DNA of 64,000 bases. Origin: Deltaproteobacteria bacterium CSP1-8. Lineage in GTDB: Bacteria > Desulfobacterota > Deferrimicrobia > Deferrimicrobiales > Deferrimicrobiaceae. The translations under genes and the position numbers were made by a program. Location: NCBI GenBank assembly GCA_001443455.1, contig LDXO01000003.1, positions 1,062 to 65,061 on the forward strand, written 5' to 3'. The notes beneath the pieces are model-generated. The model saw only the letters and a list, made by a program, of their open reading frames with translations. It was not told where the DNA came from and did not search any database. Positions 22,573-32,448 of the stretch are shown one piece after another (position 1 is the stretch's first letter; every line of letters begins with the position of its first letter).

Positions 22573-23952
22573 TCACGAGGAGGGTGGAGGGAGGAACACC
22601 CCTTTGGGCGCGTCCGGGTACAGAAGGGGGTTGACGGTGCTAAGGATCGACCAGCGGGGCCGCCCGGTCCGCGGGTCGACATCGGTTAAGTCCACCTCTT
22701 CGGAGCAGGGGAGCGGGTTCCCCTGCCGGTCGACGAGGATCGCGATCCGGATCGGCCCCTTCCCGGAAAGGCCGACCCCGATGACGATTCCCACTTCCAT
22801 GCTGTCCAGGCGCACCATGGTTCCGATCGGGTAGCTTCCCATCACGTTATTCAGGGTCGCCAGGATGTTCGGGTCGAGTGATTTCCCCGTAAGTTTCCGC
22901 ATGATCTCGAGCGCTTCGATCGGCTGCTTCGCATTCTGGTACGACCGCATCGTCGTAAGGGCGTCGTAGCAGTCCGCCACGGAGATGATCTGCGACTTCG
23001 GTTGCACGGCGTAATCCGGCCCCAGGTCCGGGTATCCCTTCCTGTCAAACCGTACGTGGTGCTCCCGGACCATGTAGGCGGAGGTCGGGCGGATGTGGGA
23101 CATCTTCCCCAGGATGACGAACCCCTCCTCGGGGTGCTTCTTGATCTCCTCGAACTCCGCGGGAGTGAGACCATCCGGCTTCCGGATCAGGTCGAGGGCA
23201 AGCTGGGTCTTCCCCACGTCGTGGAGGAGACCGGCCACCCCGACCTCGGACTTCTCTTCGCGGGAGAGGGAGAGTGCATCGGCCATGGCGAGGGAGAGCA
23301 CGGCCACATTGACGGAGTGGTTGTACGTGTATTCGTCGAAGTTCTTGATCAGAGTCAGGGCCAGGATGGCGTCGCGGTTCTGGTTGAGCATGCCGCTGAT
23401 GGCGTTGACCACCCGCACCGACTCGCTTCCCGACGGGATCCGGCCCAAGCGGATCTCCTTGAGCACCGAGACCACGACGTTGACCGCGTCATGGTAGATC
23501 TCCCGCGCGAGCGCGTAATCGTCCTCCTCCGGCGGCTTCACACGGATGTGGGCGACGCCCAGGTCCTCGATCCGTTTCTGGATGTCGGAAGGGGAGAGCC
23601 CCTCCTCCTTCGTTTCATGCAGGAAGCGGATGAAAAGCTCGATGTCCCCGGGGGCAAGCCCCTTTTCGAACACGATCGCCGGGATCCCGATGGCGGCGAG
23701 CCGCTCCATGAAGAGTTCCAGGGAGGAAGTCAGGTTGAAGATCGGGACCCCCTCGAACACCAGGGTCCCGTCGGAGATGGCCAGGGCGAGTTCCTGACGT
23801 TGCGCGAAGAAGAGGAAGATGTCGGAGAAACACTTTTCCACCGGGGTGCGGACCAGCGGGTGCGTCGGGGGGTACATCCTGCGGTTTTTCAGGGAGGTTC
23901 CCAGTAAGCGGATGACGTTGATGATCGCCTGTTCCTGCTGCCGCCGGTCCAT
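22573..23952 (-). CDS. HD-GYP domain c-di-GMP phosphodiesterase with an uncharacterised N-terminal domain
   Basis: HSVNVAVLSL..LLHDVGKT..HPEEG..REHHVRFDRKGYPD is the HD-GYP signature. The C-terminal extension is about 100 aa. Confidence 0.85.
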   Translation of the reverse strand: MDRRQQEQAIINVIRLLGTSLKNRRMYPPTHPLVRTPVEKCFSDIFLFFAQRQELALAISDGTLVFEGVPIFNLTSSLELFMERLAAIGIPAIVFEKGLAPGDIELFIRFLHETKEEGLSPSDIQKRIEDLGVAHIRVKPPEEDDYALAREIYHDAVNVVVSVLKEIRLGRIPSGSESVRVVNAISGMLNQNRDAILALTLIKNFDEYTYNHSVNVAVLSLAMADALSLSREEKSEVGVAGLLHDVGKTQLALDLIRKPDGLTPAEFEEIKKHPEEGFVILGKMSHIRPTSAYMVREHHVRFDRKGYPDLGPDYAVQPKSQIISVADCYDALTTMRSYQNAKQPIEALEIMRKLTGKSLDPNILATLNNVMGSYPIGTMVRLDSMEVGIVIGVGLSGKGPIRIAILVDRQGNPLPCSEEVDLTDVDPRTGRPRWSILSTVNPLLYPDAPKGVFLPPPSS

Positions 23953-23964
23953 CGACCGCTCCTC

Positions 23965-25533
23965 CTACCAACCCGTCTTTTTCAGGATCCGCTCCGCCTC
24001 TGCCCGGAGATACTCCCCGGGGCTTTTCTGTACCCGGAGGACGATCTCTTTCGGGCGGGACCCCGACATCTTTGAGATGCTTCGCAGCGCGTGTTTCTTC
24101 ATTTCGCGGAATTTTGGCGTTTCCCAGATTGCGGTGGCGCCCAGGATCTCCTCGAGCGCGCTAAGCGCTTTGTCGGTGTCGATGGTCCGAAGGGAGTCGA
24201 TCGCCTCGTGAGCCAGCCGGTAGTGCGGGAAGAACACCTTTTTCCGGACGGCCCTCCGGTAGAGGGTCCGGACCGCCTCCTCATCCTTCTTCCGGGAGAG
24301 GGCGGCGGTGGCCGTGAGCGCGGTTGTCTCTTCAGGGAAGAAGCAAAGTTCCCCGAGCGCCGCCACCGCGGAGGGGTGCGGCAGCCTGGACAGCCCCTTG
24401 ATCGCCTCTTTTTTCACCCGAAGGTCCGGGTGGGAAAGCGCTGCAACGATGTGCGTCGCGAGGTCCGGATCCCCAAGGCTCCCGAGGATCGCGACCATGT
24501 TGCGGACGAGGTACCAGCGGGAGTCGTTCAGGTTGTCGAGGACGGCCGGAATCGCGGGCCGCCCGATCTTCACGATGATGTCGATGATCGATTTCCGGAC
24601 GAGAAAATCCTCCTCCACGGCCAGGGCGGCGAGCAAGGCTTTCACGGCGCGCTCGCCGAATGCCACCAGGACCGTCTCCACATCGGTTCGGTTCCTCCCC
24701 CCCCGGTCCTGGAGACGACGGATGTAGTGGGCCACCAGGTCGTCGGAAACAAGCTCCTTGATCCCCATGCGGGCAAGTTGTGCGATTTCCGGATGATTCT
24801 TCGGCGGTCTTTCGCTGTGGATCACGTAGATCGCGAGCGCCCGGTTGGAATAGTCGATTCGCCGGTCGTCGCGTTCCTGGAGCAGAGCGCGGGACAGGGA
24901 GATGACGAGGTCGCGGTATGCAGCGGGGTCCGTTTCCTTTTCCAGCCTCTGGAGAAGGTCCCCGATCGTCTGTTCCTCCGGGGGGTTGTCCTCGAAGGAG
25001 AAGGAGGGGTCGGCGGACGAAAACCCCTCCGCCTCATCCGGAGGCGGTCCTTCCTCCTCCTTCTTCAGCATTTCGGTTAACCCCTCGTAGTCGACGCGGT
25101 TCACCCAGATCCGGGACACTCTTTCCCGGAGAAGGACCCTCTCCAGACCGCCCTGATCCTGCAGTTCCTGGATGTCGCGGTTGAGGGCGCCAAGAAAGGT
25201 GATCATCTCGTCCGGCTTCTGGCCAGGCAGCAGAATGATTCTGCTCGCGCGCCGGTGATACAGTTCCCGGTTGAAGTCCGCGATCGCCTTGTTGCCCGTG
25301 GGGAAGGGCTCCTCCCGATAGAGGAGGGTGTTTTTGGTCACATCGATCTCGATACCGGTCTCGGGGGGCAAGGCTTCCTCGATCGCGGAAATGATCTTCT
25401 CGATCGCTTGAAGGAGAGCGGGGTGACCGGGGGGATAAAAACTTACAATTTTAATCCCTTTAGCAAGTTCGGATACTGCCAGTATGACTTTTTCCCGCGT
25501 CGCGTCCAGTGTCGAACCCGGCTTTAGGTCCAT
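23965..25533 (-). CDS. HEAT-repeat protein (522 aa) whose N-terminal domain is shared with the downstream HD-GYP protein
   Basis: PBS-lyase/HEAT-like repeats (DSRWYLVRNMVAILGSLGD, HPDLRVKKEAIKGLSRL). N-terminal YPPGHP..EK..F..L motifs align with the HD-GYP N-terminus. The two genes are separated by 12 nt. Confidence 0.75.
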   Translation of the reverse strand: MDLKPGSTLDATREKVILAVSELAKGIKIVSFYPPGHPALLQAIEKIISAIEEALPPETGIEIDVTKNTLLYREEPFPTGNKAIADFNRELYHRRASRIILLPGQKPDEMITFLGALNRDIQELQDQGGLERVLLRERVSRIWVNRVDYEGLTEMLKKEEEGPPPDEAEGFSSADPSFSFEDNPPEEQTIGDLLQRLEKETDPAAYRDLVISLSRALLQERDDRRIDYSNRALAIYVIHSERPPKNHPEIAQLARMGIKELVSDDLVAHYIRRLQDRGGRNRTDVETVLVAFGERAVKALLAALAVEEDFLVRKSIIDIIVKIGRPAIPAVLDNLNDSRWYLVRNMVAILGSLGDPDLATHIVAALSHPDLRVKKEAIKGLSRLPHPSAVAALGELCFFPEETTALTATAALSRKKDEEAVRTLYRRAVRKKVFFPHYRLAHEAIDSLRTIDTDKALSALEEILGATAIWETPKFREMKKHALRSISKMSGSRPKEIVLRVQKSPGEYLRAEAERILKKTGW

Positions 25534-25584
25534 GAAGGAAATATGGTTTTATTTATTTGATAATTCTAATAAATATATAATCTA

Positions 25585-26064
25585 ATGGTCATAATGCCCC
25601 AAGTCAATCGTTTTCCGGGCCGGCTTGCCTGGAGGGCCGTCGCCTCCGGGTTGGGGGTGGGGTACGCTCCGGCCTTACCGGGTACGCTGGGGTCCCTCCT
25701 GGCCCTTCCCCTCTGGTATTGGGGGGATGGCAGGGGTGCGATCCACTTCGGGGCGCTGGTCGCGGTCCTGGTCCTGGCTCTCCCCGCAACGATGGTGGAA
25801 ATGCGGGAAACGGGGCGAAAAGACCCGCCCTCTGTCGTAATCGACGAGATCGCGGGAATGCTGCTAGCGGCAACGGGGATTCCGTGGGGGGGGAAATCCG
25901 TTGTCGCCCTGTTCCTTCTCTTTCGCCTGTTCGATATCCTGAAATTCGGGCCTGCGGCGTGGATGGACTCCAGAGAAGGGGCGATATACGTGGTGGCCGA
26001 TGACCTTGTGGCGGGCATATGCGCCAATCTGGCATGCCGGGTGATCCTGTGGATGACCGGGTGA
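25585..26064 (+). CDS. pgpA: Phosphatidylglycerophosphatase A
   Basis: GLGVGYAPALPGTLGSLLALPL..PSVVIDEIAGMLLA..LFRLFDILKFGPA is the PgpA signature. It is preceded by a sharply AT-rich intergenic island (25540-25584). Confidence 0.85.
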   Translation: MVIMPQVNRFPGRLAWRAVASGLGVGYAPALPGTLGSLLALPLWYWGDGRGAIHFGALVAVLVLALPATMVEMRETGRKDPPSVVIDEIAGMLLAATGIPWGGKSVVALFLLFRLFDILKFGPAAWMDSREGAIYVVADDLVAGICANLACRVILWMTG

Positions 26065-26555
26065 CCCGGGATCTCGCCGCTCTGGCCACCGAGGGGCTCC
26101 TTGCCGCCGGGCGCACTGTGGCAGTGGCCGAATCGTGCACGGGGGGAGGGGTGTGCGAGGCGTTGACCGCCCTCCCGGGGAGTTCCGGGTACTTCCTCGG
26201 GGGGGTCGTGGCATACGGGAACGCGTCGAAAATAAGAGACCTCGGCGTGCCATCGGATCTCATCGACTCCCGGGGGGCGGTGAGCCGGGAAGTTGCGGAG
26301 GAGATGGCCGCCGGTGCGATGCGCAGGTTCGGGGCGGACATCGGCATCGGGACGACCGGGATCGCCGGCCCCGGGGGCGGGACCCCGGGAAAGCCCGTGG
26401 GGACCGTGTACATCGCTATCGTGTCGGGGGAGGTCCGGCTTTCGTACCACCTCCGGCTTCCGGGCGACCGCGACGCCGTCCGCGGGGCGACAGTGCGCCG
26501 GGTTCTCGACAGGCTCGTCTCCTTCCTTGCGAAGGGGGAGGGAGGGAGGCGTTGA
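26061..26555 (+). CDS. pncC: CinA C-terminal domain protein / nicotinamide-nucleotide amidohydrolase PncC
   Basis: TVAVAESCTGGGVCEALTALPGSSGYFLGGVVAYGNASK..GIGTTGIAGPGGGTPGKPVGTVYIA. The GTG 26061 start (GTGA overlap with pgpA) is chosen; in-frame alternatives exist at 26019 and 26049. Confidence 0.85.
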   Translation: MTRDLAALATEGLLAAGRTVAVAESCTGGGVCEALTALPGSSGYFLGGVVAYGNASKIRDLGVPSDLIDSRGAVSREVAEEMAAGAMRRFGADIGIGTTGIAGPGGGTPGKPVGTVYIAIVSGEVRLSYHLRLPGDRDAVRGATVRRVLDRLVSFLAKGEGGRR

Positions 26556-27127
26556 GGTCGTTCATCGGGATCGGGCTCCCCCGGGAATGCTGCCGGGCAA
26601 TCGCCGGGGCGATCTCCCCCCTTGGGGCGAAGGGGTTACCCGTTTCCTGGATCCCCGAGCGTAACCTGCACCTGACATTGAAGTTTCTGGGGGAGATCCC
26701 GTCCGGCAGGATCGACGAGGTGGCCGGGCTCATGGCGGGAGCGGCCCGGGAGATTTTCCCGTTCGAGTTCCGCGTTGAGGAGGGGGGCGGGTTCCCTTCG
26801 CTTCGGGCGCCGAGGGTATTGTGGATCGGGATCCGGGAACCGCTTGAATTGGTCAGAAAGTTGCACCAGAATATGGAGAATGCTCTTTCGGGAGCGGGTT
26901 TTCCTCGTGACGAAAGGCCGTTTCACCCGCACGTGACGGTCGGCCGCGTCAGGGGGAAGGTGGCGCCGGGGTGGGGCGAACAATACGCTTCCGTGGTTTC
27001 CGGGACGACATTTTGCACCGTTTACGCCACATCGTACCGGCTCTACGAAAGCCGGCTCTCCCCGTCGGGAGCAAACTACACGGTCCTGCACGAGATTCCT
27101 TTCGGGGGGGGCGGACCGAACAGATGA
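26552..27127 (+). CDS. thpR: RNA 2',3'-cyclic phosphodiesterase ThpR / LigT (2H phosphoesterase)
   Basis: Two HxTx motifs are present ([10 protein letters not shown] and [10 protein letters not shown]). The TTG start overlaps the upstream TGA. Confidence 0.85.
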   Translation: MRSFIGIGLPRECCRAIAGAISPLGAKGLPVSWIPERNLHLTLKFLGEIPSGRIDEVAGLMAGAAREIFPFEFRVEEGGGFPSLRAPRVLWIGIREPLELVRKLHQNMENALSGAGFPRDERPFHPHVTVGRVRGKVAPGWGEQYASVVSGTTFCTVYATSYRLYESRLSPSGANYTVLHEIPFGGGGPNR

Positions 27128-27143
27128 AGAGAGGAGCAGGAGG

Positions 27144-28175
27144 ATGAGCCAGGACGCAAACCGGCGCAAGGCGCTCGACATGGCGCTCGCGGCGATCGAG
27201 AAGAACTACGGGAAAGGCGCGATCATGCGCCTCGGGAGCGACGTGCCGGCCAAGGACGTCCCTGTCATATCGACGGGCGCGCTTTCGCTGGACATCGCCT
27301 TGGGGATCGGCGGCATCCCGAGGGGGCGGGTGACCGAGATCTTCGGGCCCGAGTCCTCGGGGAAAACGACGCTGGCCCTGCATATCATCGCCGAGGCCCA
27401 GAAACTGGGCGGGATCGCGGGGTTCATCGACGCGGAACACGCCCTCGACCTGAACTACGGCAGAAAACTCGGCCTTGCCACCGACGATCTACTCGTCTCG
27501 CAGCCGGACACGGGGGAGCAGGCGCTCGAAATCGCCGAGATGCTCGTGCGCAGCGGCGCCCTGGACATCCTGGTCATCGACTCCGTGGCCGCCCTGGTGC
27601 CGAAAGCGGAGATCGAGGGGGAGATGGGCGACTCCCACATGGGGCTCCAGGCGAGGCTCATGTCCCAGGCGCTCAGGAAACTGACCGGGAGCATCAGCAA
27701 GTCCCAGACGGCGGTCATCTTCATCAACCAGATCCGCATGAAGATCGGGGTCATGTTCGGCAATCCCGAGACGACCACCGGCGGCAACGCGCTGAAGTTC
27801 TATTCGACGATCCGGATGGACATCCGGCGCATCACGCAGATCAAGAAGGACGACGGGGTCGTCGGTGCGCGCACCCGCGTGAAGGTCGTGAAGAACAAGC
27901 TCGCCCCCCCCTTTCGGGAAGCGGAGTTCGACATCCTCTACGGAGAGGGGATCTCCCGCGAGGGAGACACCCTGGACCTGGGCGCCGAGCTGGGGGTTGT
28001 GGAGAAAAGCGGCTCGTGGTACTCCGTGGACGGCGAGAGGATCGGGCAAGGGAGGGAGAACGCTCGGATTTTCCTCAAGGACCACCCCGAGGTAGCGGAA
28101 GGTCTGCGCAGGAAGATCCTCGAGAAATCCGGCGTGGTGGAAGCCCCCGGGGCCACGCAAGAAAGGAAGGCGTAA
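27144..28175 (+). CDS. recA: Recombinase RecA
   Basis: [88 protein letters not shown]. Confidence 0.97.
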   Translation: MSQDANRRKALDMALAAIEKNYGKGAIMRLGSDVPAKDVPVISTGALSLDIALGIGGIPRGRVTEIFGPESSGKTTLALHIIAEAQKLGGIAGFIDAEHALDLNYGRKLGLATDDLLVSQPDTGEQALEIAEMLVRSGALDILVIDSVAALVPKAEIEGEMGDSHMGLQARLMSQALRKLTGSISKSQTAVIFINQIRMKIGVMFGNPETTTGGNALKFYSTIRMDIRRITQIKKDDGVVGARTRVKVVKNKLAPPFREAEFDILYGEGISREGDTLDLGAELGVVEKSGSWYSVDGERIGQGRENARIFLKDHPEVAEGLRRKILEKSGVVEAPGATQERKA

Positions 28176-29306
28176 TTGGAACTCAATGACATCCTGAAGG
28201 CCGGGGTCAAGAACTCGGCCTCCGACATCCACCTGAAGGTGGGACTCCCCCCCATCCTCCGGGTCGACGGGAAGCTCGTCCCCCTCAAGGTGCCGCAGCC
28301 TCTCCGGCCCGAAGATGTGAAGGCGATGTGCGCACAGATATTCGCCAACGAGGAGCAGCGGGACAGGTTCGAGAGGAACCGGGAGGTCGATTGCTCCTAC
28401 AGCGTGCCGGGGCTGGGGCGGTTTCGCGTGAACGTGTTCCTTCAGCGCAGCACGGTGGGAATCGCCATCCGGGTCATCCCGATCGGTGTCCTCTCCTTCG
28501 AGGGGCTGCATCTGCCGAAAGTGATCGAAAAGGTGGCCATGGAAACGAGAGGCTTGATCCTTTGCACCGGGACCACGGGAAGCGGGAAGTCGACGACCCT
28601 GGCCACGATCGTGGAGTACATCAATCACCACAGAAGCTGCCATATCATCATGATCGAGGATCCGATCGAATTCCTTCTCCGCGACAGGAAGAGCATCATC
28701 AACCAGCGGGAGATCGGGGCGGATACCTCCACCTTTGCCGGGGCCCTCAAGAGCGCACTTCGCCAGGACCCGGACGTGATTCTCGTGGGCGAGATGCGCG
28801 ACTTGGAAACGATCGAGACGGCGATCATGGCGGCCGAGACGGGGCACCTCGTATTGTCGACGCTACACACCCTCGACGCGGCAGAGACGATCAACCGGAT
28901 CATCGGGGTCTTTCCGCCCTACCAGCACAAGCAGGTGAGGATCCAGCTGGGCTCGATCCTGAAGGGGGTTATTTCCCAGCGGCTCGTTCCCCGCGTGGAC
29001 GGCGCGGGCCGCGTCCCGGCGGTCGAGGTGCTGATCAACACGGCACGCGTCCGGGAGTACATCGAGGACAAGGACAAGACGCGAAAAATCCGGGATGCCA
29101 TCGGTCAGGGGTACACAACCTACGGGATGCAGACCTTCGATCAGTCCCTCATGTCCCTCTACAAGGACAAACTGATCTCCCTCGAGGAGGCGCTCCGGCA
29201 GGCGTCCAACCCCGACGACCTGGCCCTCCGCGTCCGCGGGATTTCGTCGACTTCCGATCTCAAGTGGGACGAGTTTGACAAAGACGAGGATCCCCCGAAG
29301 TCGTGA
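28176..29306 (+). CDS. pilT: Type IV pilus retraction ATPase PilT
   Basis: The TTG start immediately follows the recA TAA. SDIHLKVGLPPILRVDG, Walker A GTTGSGKSTT, IEDPIEF, DPDVILVGEMRD, and the His box TGHLVLSTLHT are all present. Confidence 0.9.
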   Translation: MELNDILKAGVKNSASDIHLKVGLPPILRVDGKLVPLKVPQPLRPEDVKAMCAQIFANEEQRDRFERNREVDCSYSVPGLGRFRVNVFLQRSTVGIAIRVIPIGVLSFEGLHLPKVIEKVAMETRGLILCTGTTGSGKSTTLATIVEYINHHRSCHIIMIEDPIEFLLRDRKSIINQREIGADTSTFAGALKSALRQDPDVILVGEMRDLETIETAIMAAETGHLVLSTLHTLDAAETINRIIGVFPPYQHKQVRIQLGSILKGVISQRLVPRVDGAGRVPAVEVLINTARVREYIEDKDKTRKIRDAIGQGYTTYGMQTFDQSLMSLYKDKLISLEEALRQASNPDDLALRVRGISSTSDLKWDEFDKDEDPPKS

Positions 29307-29799
29307 AGGGGAGGCGGGGCCCACTCCGCCGGGGGACCCGCTGGCGGCGGCCCTCCGCATGCTTTCCCGGCGGGCGTTGAGCGAGGGGGAGATCCGGTTC
29401 CGGCTCACGGCGAAGGGGTATTCGGAAGCGGAGGCGGAGTCCGTTCTCGGCAGGCTCCGGGGGCTCGGCCTGGTGGACGACGGCACCCTCTGCGCGAATC
29501 TGGCCCGGACGTACCGGGACGTTCGAATGTGCGGCCCCTTAAGGATCGTCGGGGCGCTCCTTTCGCGGAGGTTTCCCCGGGACCTGGTCGAGGAGTCGGT
29601 GCGCGCAGTGTCCCGGCCGGGAGAGGAGCTGGCCGCCGCAGCCGCAGCGCTCGGGAAGAAATTCCGCGACGGGATCCCCGCGGACCGGGAGGGGGCCGCA
29701 AGGGTGTTCCGATTCCTTGCCCGGAGGGGATTTTCCCCGGAGACGTGCCGACATGCGATCCGGGGGCTGTCCCGCGACATCGAAGAAGGAGAAGAGTGA
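29275..29799 (+). CDS. recX: Recombination regulator RecX
   Basis: AAALRMLSRRALSEGEIRFRLTAKGYSEAEAESVLGRLRGLGLVDD..FLARRGFSPETCRHAI shows the three-repeat RecX pattern. The TTG start overlaps the pilT 3' end by 32 nt and is tentative. Confidence 0.8.
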   Translation: MTKTRIPRSREGEAGPTPPGDPLAAALRMLSRRALSEGEIRFRLTAKGYSEAEAESVLGRLRGLGLVDDGTLCANLARTYRDVRMCGPLRIVGALLSRRFPRDLVEESVRAVSRPGEELAAAAAALGKKFRDGIPADREGAARVFRFLARRGFSPETCRHAIRGLSRDIEEGEE

Positions 29800-32448
29800 A
29801 TGCCCATGACCGGAGCAGCAATCCGCGCCGCATTTCTTTCCTATTTCGAGAGGCACGGGCACAAGGTGCTGCCCGGCTCCTCCCTGGTTCCGGGGAACGA
29901 CCCGAGCCTGCTGTTCACCAATGCCGGCATGGTGCAGTTCAAGGAATATTTTCTGGGTCTTGCGTCCGCCGACTGGAAGCGGGCCGCCACCGCCCAGCGG
30001 TGCCTCCGCGTGAGCGGCAAGCACAACGACCTGGAGAACGTCGGGTATACGGCGCGGCACCACACCCTGTTCGAGATGCTGGGGAACTTCTCGTTCGGGG
30101 ACTATTTCAAGAAGGATGCGATCTTCTTCGGGTGGGATTTCCTGACGCGCGAGATGGGGCTTGACGGCGAACGGATGACCGTTTCCGTGTTCCGGGAGGA
30201 TGACGAAGCATACGACATCTGGCATCAAACGATGGGGCTGCCTGCCTCCCGCATCATCCGGTTCGACGAGAAAGACAACTTCTGGGCCATGGGGCCGACG
30301 GGACCGTGCGGGCCGTGCTCCGAAATCATCTTCGACCAGGGGGAGGGGACCGGGTGCGGGCGCCCCTCGTGTGCCGTGGGTTGCGATTGCGACCGGTTCC
30401 TCGAAATCTGGAACCTGGTGTTCATGCAATTCAACCAGGACGGGAGCGGAGCGAGGACCCCCCTCCCGAAGCCGAGCATCGACACGGGGATGGGGTTGGA
30501 GCGGCTGGCGGCCGTGGTCCAGGGGGTCAAGAGCAATTACGACTCCGACCTGTTCCGGGGGATCATCGCGGAGATCGAGGGTGTAAGCGGCATCGAGTAC
30601 GGGAGATCCCCTCTCCAGGACGCCGCTACCCGCGTGATCGCCGACCACGCCCGCGCGACGGCGTTCCTGATCGCCGATGGCGTCCTTCCCGCCAACGAGG
30701 GGAGGGGGTACGTCCTCCGCAGGATCATGCGGCGTGCCCTACGCCACGGGAAGAAGCTTGGGCTGGACAGGCCGTTCCTGCACCGGGTGGCGGCCGCCGT
30801 GGTTCGGGAGTTCTCTTCCGCCTACCCCGATCTGGGAAGGAGCGCCTCCTACATCGACACGGTCTCCCTGCACGAGGAGAAGCGTTTTCTCGAGACGCTC
30901 GACGCAGGGCTCCGGATGGTGGAAGAGGAGTTCACGCGAATCGGGAAAGCGGGCGTCAAGGTCTTCGCGGGATCCGTCGCGTTCAAGCTGTACGACACGT
31001 TCGGGTTCCCGGTCGACCTGACCGCGGACCTGTGCCGGGAGCGTGACGTGTCGCTCGACACCGAGGGGTTCGAGGCCGAGATGGAGAGGCAGCGCGCGCA
31101 GTCCCGCGAGGCGTGGAAAGGGGGCGAGGTGGGCGTCTCCGACGCGGCGGCCGCCGAGCTTGCCCGGAAGGGGGTATCCGTCGAATTCGTCGGGTACGAC
31201 CGTCTCGAGGCGGGGGCGAGGGTGGTCGCCCTGTTCCGGGACGGGAAGAGGATCATGTCGGCGGTGGAGGGCGAGGAGGTCGATTTCGTGACGGACGTCA
31301 CCCCCTTCTACGGGGAAGCCGGCGGACAGGTCGGCGACGTCGGGGAGGGGACGGGCGACGCGTTCCGTCTCGAGATCACCGACGCACGCCGGCCGGCCGC
31401 GGACCTGGTGATCCTCCGGGCGAAGGTGGTCGAGGGAACGGTGGGGGAGGCAATGACGGTGGATCTGAGGGTGGACGCGGCGCTCAGGCGGCGGACCCAG
31501 GCGAATCACACCGCCACCCACCTCCTGCAGGCAGCGCTCCGCAAGATCGTGGGGCCGCACGTCAAGCAGGCGGGTTCCTACGTCGGCCCCGACAAGCTCC
31601 GGTTCGATTTCACCCACTTCGAGGCGGTTCCGGACGACGCCCTCCGGGAGGTGGAGGACTTCGCCAACGACGCCGTCTTCACCGACCGGCCGGTCTCCTG
31701 GGAGCTCCTCCCGTACCAGGAGGCGATCGAGCGGGGAGCGATGGCGTTTTTCGGGGAGAAATACGCCGACGTGGTCCGGATGGTGACCGTTCCCGGCGTG
31801 AGCCGCGAGCTGTGCGGCGGGACCCATGTCCGGCGCACCGGCGAGATCGCCCTGTTCCGGATCGTCTCGGAGGGGGCGCTGGCCGCCGGAGTCCGGCGCA
31901 TCGAGGCGCTGACCGGCCCGGAGGCCTTCCGACACCTCCGGGAGGACGCCGACCGGATCCACCGGATCGCCCGGGATCTCAAGGTTTCGCCTGCCGATGC
32001 CGTCTCCCGGGTCAACAAGCTCCAGGCCCAGGTCAGGGCGCTGGAGAAGGACGTCCAGGAGGCGAGGCGCCGGGCGGCACGGGACCTCGTGGGGGAGGTG
32101 CTCGCGAAGGCCAGGGAGGTGAAGGGAGTCCGCGTGGTGGAAGCCGGGCTGGAACCGATGGACCCCGCCGCGCTCCGCGAACTGGCCGACGCGGTGAAGG
32201 GGAAGCTGAAGAGCGGTCTGCTGCTGCTGGGGACCGTGGAGGAGGGCCGCTGCCACCTGGTGGCGGGGGTCACCCCGGACCTTGCCTCCGCCTATTCCGC
32301 CAGCGACATCGTCAAGAACGCGGCCCGGTTCGTGGGAGGTGGGGGGGGAGGACGCCGGGACATGGCACAGGCGGGGGGATCGAACATCGAAGGGTTTGCC
32401 TCCGCGGTGTCATCGCTCGCCGCGTGGCTCGCCGAAAAGCGTCCCTAA
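29800..32448 (+). CDS. alaS: Alanine--tRNA ligase
   Basis: 882 aa. IRAAFLSYFERHGHKVLPGSSLVP..DPSLLFTNAGMVQFK..HHTLFEMLGNFSFGDYFK..the editing domain HTATHLL..CGGTHV..and a C-terminal DHHA1 domain. Confidence 0.97.
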   Translation: MPMTGAAIRAAFLSYFERHGHKVLPGSSLVPGNDPSLLFTNAGMVQFKEYFLGLASADWKRAATAQRCLRVSGKHNDLENVGYTARHHTLFEMLGNFSFGDYFKKDAIFFGWDFLTREMGLDGERMTVSVFREDDEAYDIWHQTMGLPASRIIRFDEKDNFWAMGPTGPCGPCSEIIFDQGEGTGCGRPSCAVGCDCDRFLEIWNLVFMQFNQDGSGARTPLPKPSIDTGMGLERLAAVVQGVKSNYDSDLFRGIIAEIEGVSGIEYGRSPLQDAATRVIADHARATAFLIADGVLPANEGRGYVLRRIMRRALRHGKKLGLDRPFLHRVAAAVVREFSSAYPDLGRSASYIDTVSLHEEKRFLETLDAGLRMVEEEFTRIGKAGVKVFAGSVAFKLYDTFGFPVDLTADLCRERDVSLDTEGFEAEMERQRAQSREAWKGGEVGVSDAAAAELARKGVSVEFVGYDRLEAGARVVALFRDGKRIMSAVEGEEVDFVTDVTPFYGEAGGQVGDVGEGTGDAFRLEITDARRPAADLVILRAKVVEGTVGEAMTVDLRVDAALRRRTQANHTATHLLQAALRKIVGPHVKQAGSYVGPDKLRFDFTHFEAVPDDALREVEDFANDAVFTDRPVSWELLPYQEAIERGAMAFFGEKYADVVRMVTVPGVSRELCGGTHVRRTGEIALFRIVSEGALAAGVRRIEALTGPEAFRHLREDADRIHRIARDLKVSPADAVSRVNKLQAQVRALEKDVQEARRRAARDLVGEVLAKAREVKGVRVVEAGLEPMDPAALRELADAVKGKLKSGLLLLGTVEEGRCHLVAGVTPDLASAYSASDIVKNAARFVGGGGGGRRDMAQAGGSNIEGFASAVSSLAAWLAEKRP

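Noticed and set aside
25534-25600. Search for a LexA/SOS box (CTGT-N8-ACAG, GAAC-N4-GTTC, GGTT-N2-C-N4-G-N3-ACC types) upstream of the recA cluster, and also within 27000-27143
   Set aside because: No convincing match was found to any of the box types I know; there are only half-site fragments. The region is simply an AT-rich divergent promoter island, and the -35/-10 spacing I tried (TTGATA..TATAAT, 13 nt) is wrong for a canonical promoter.
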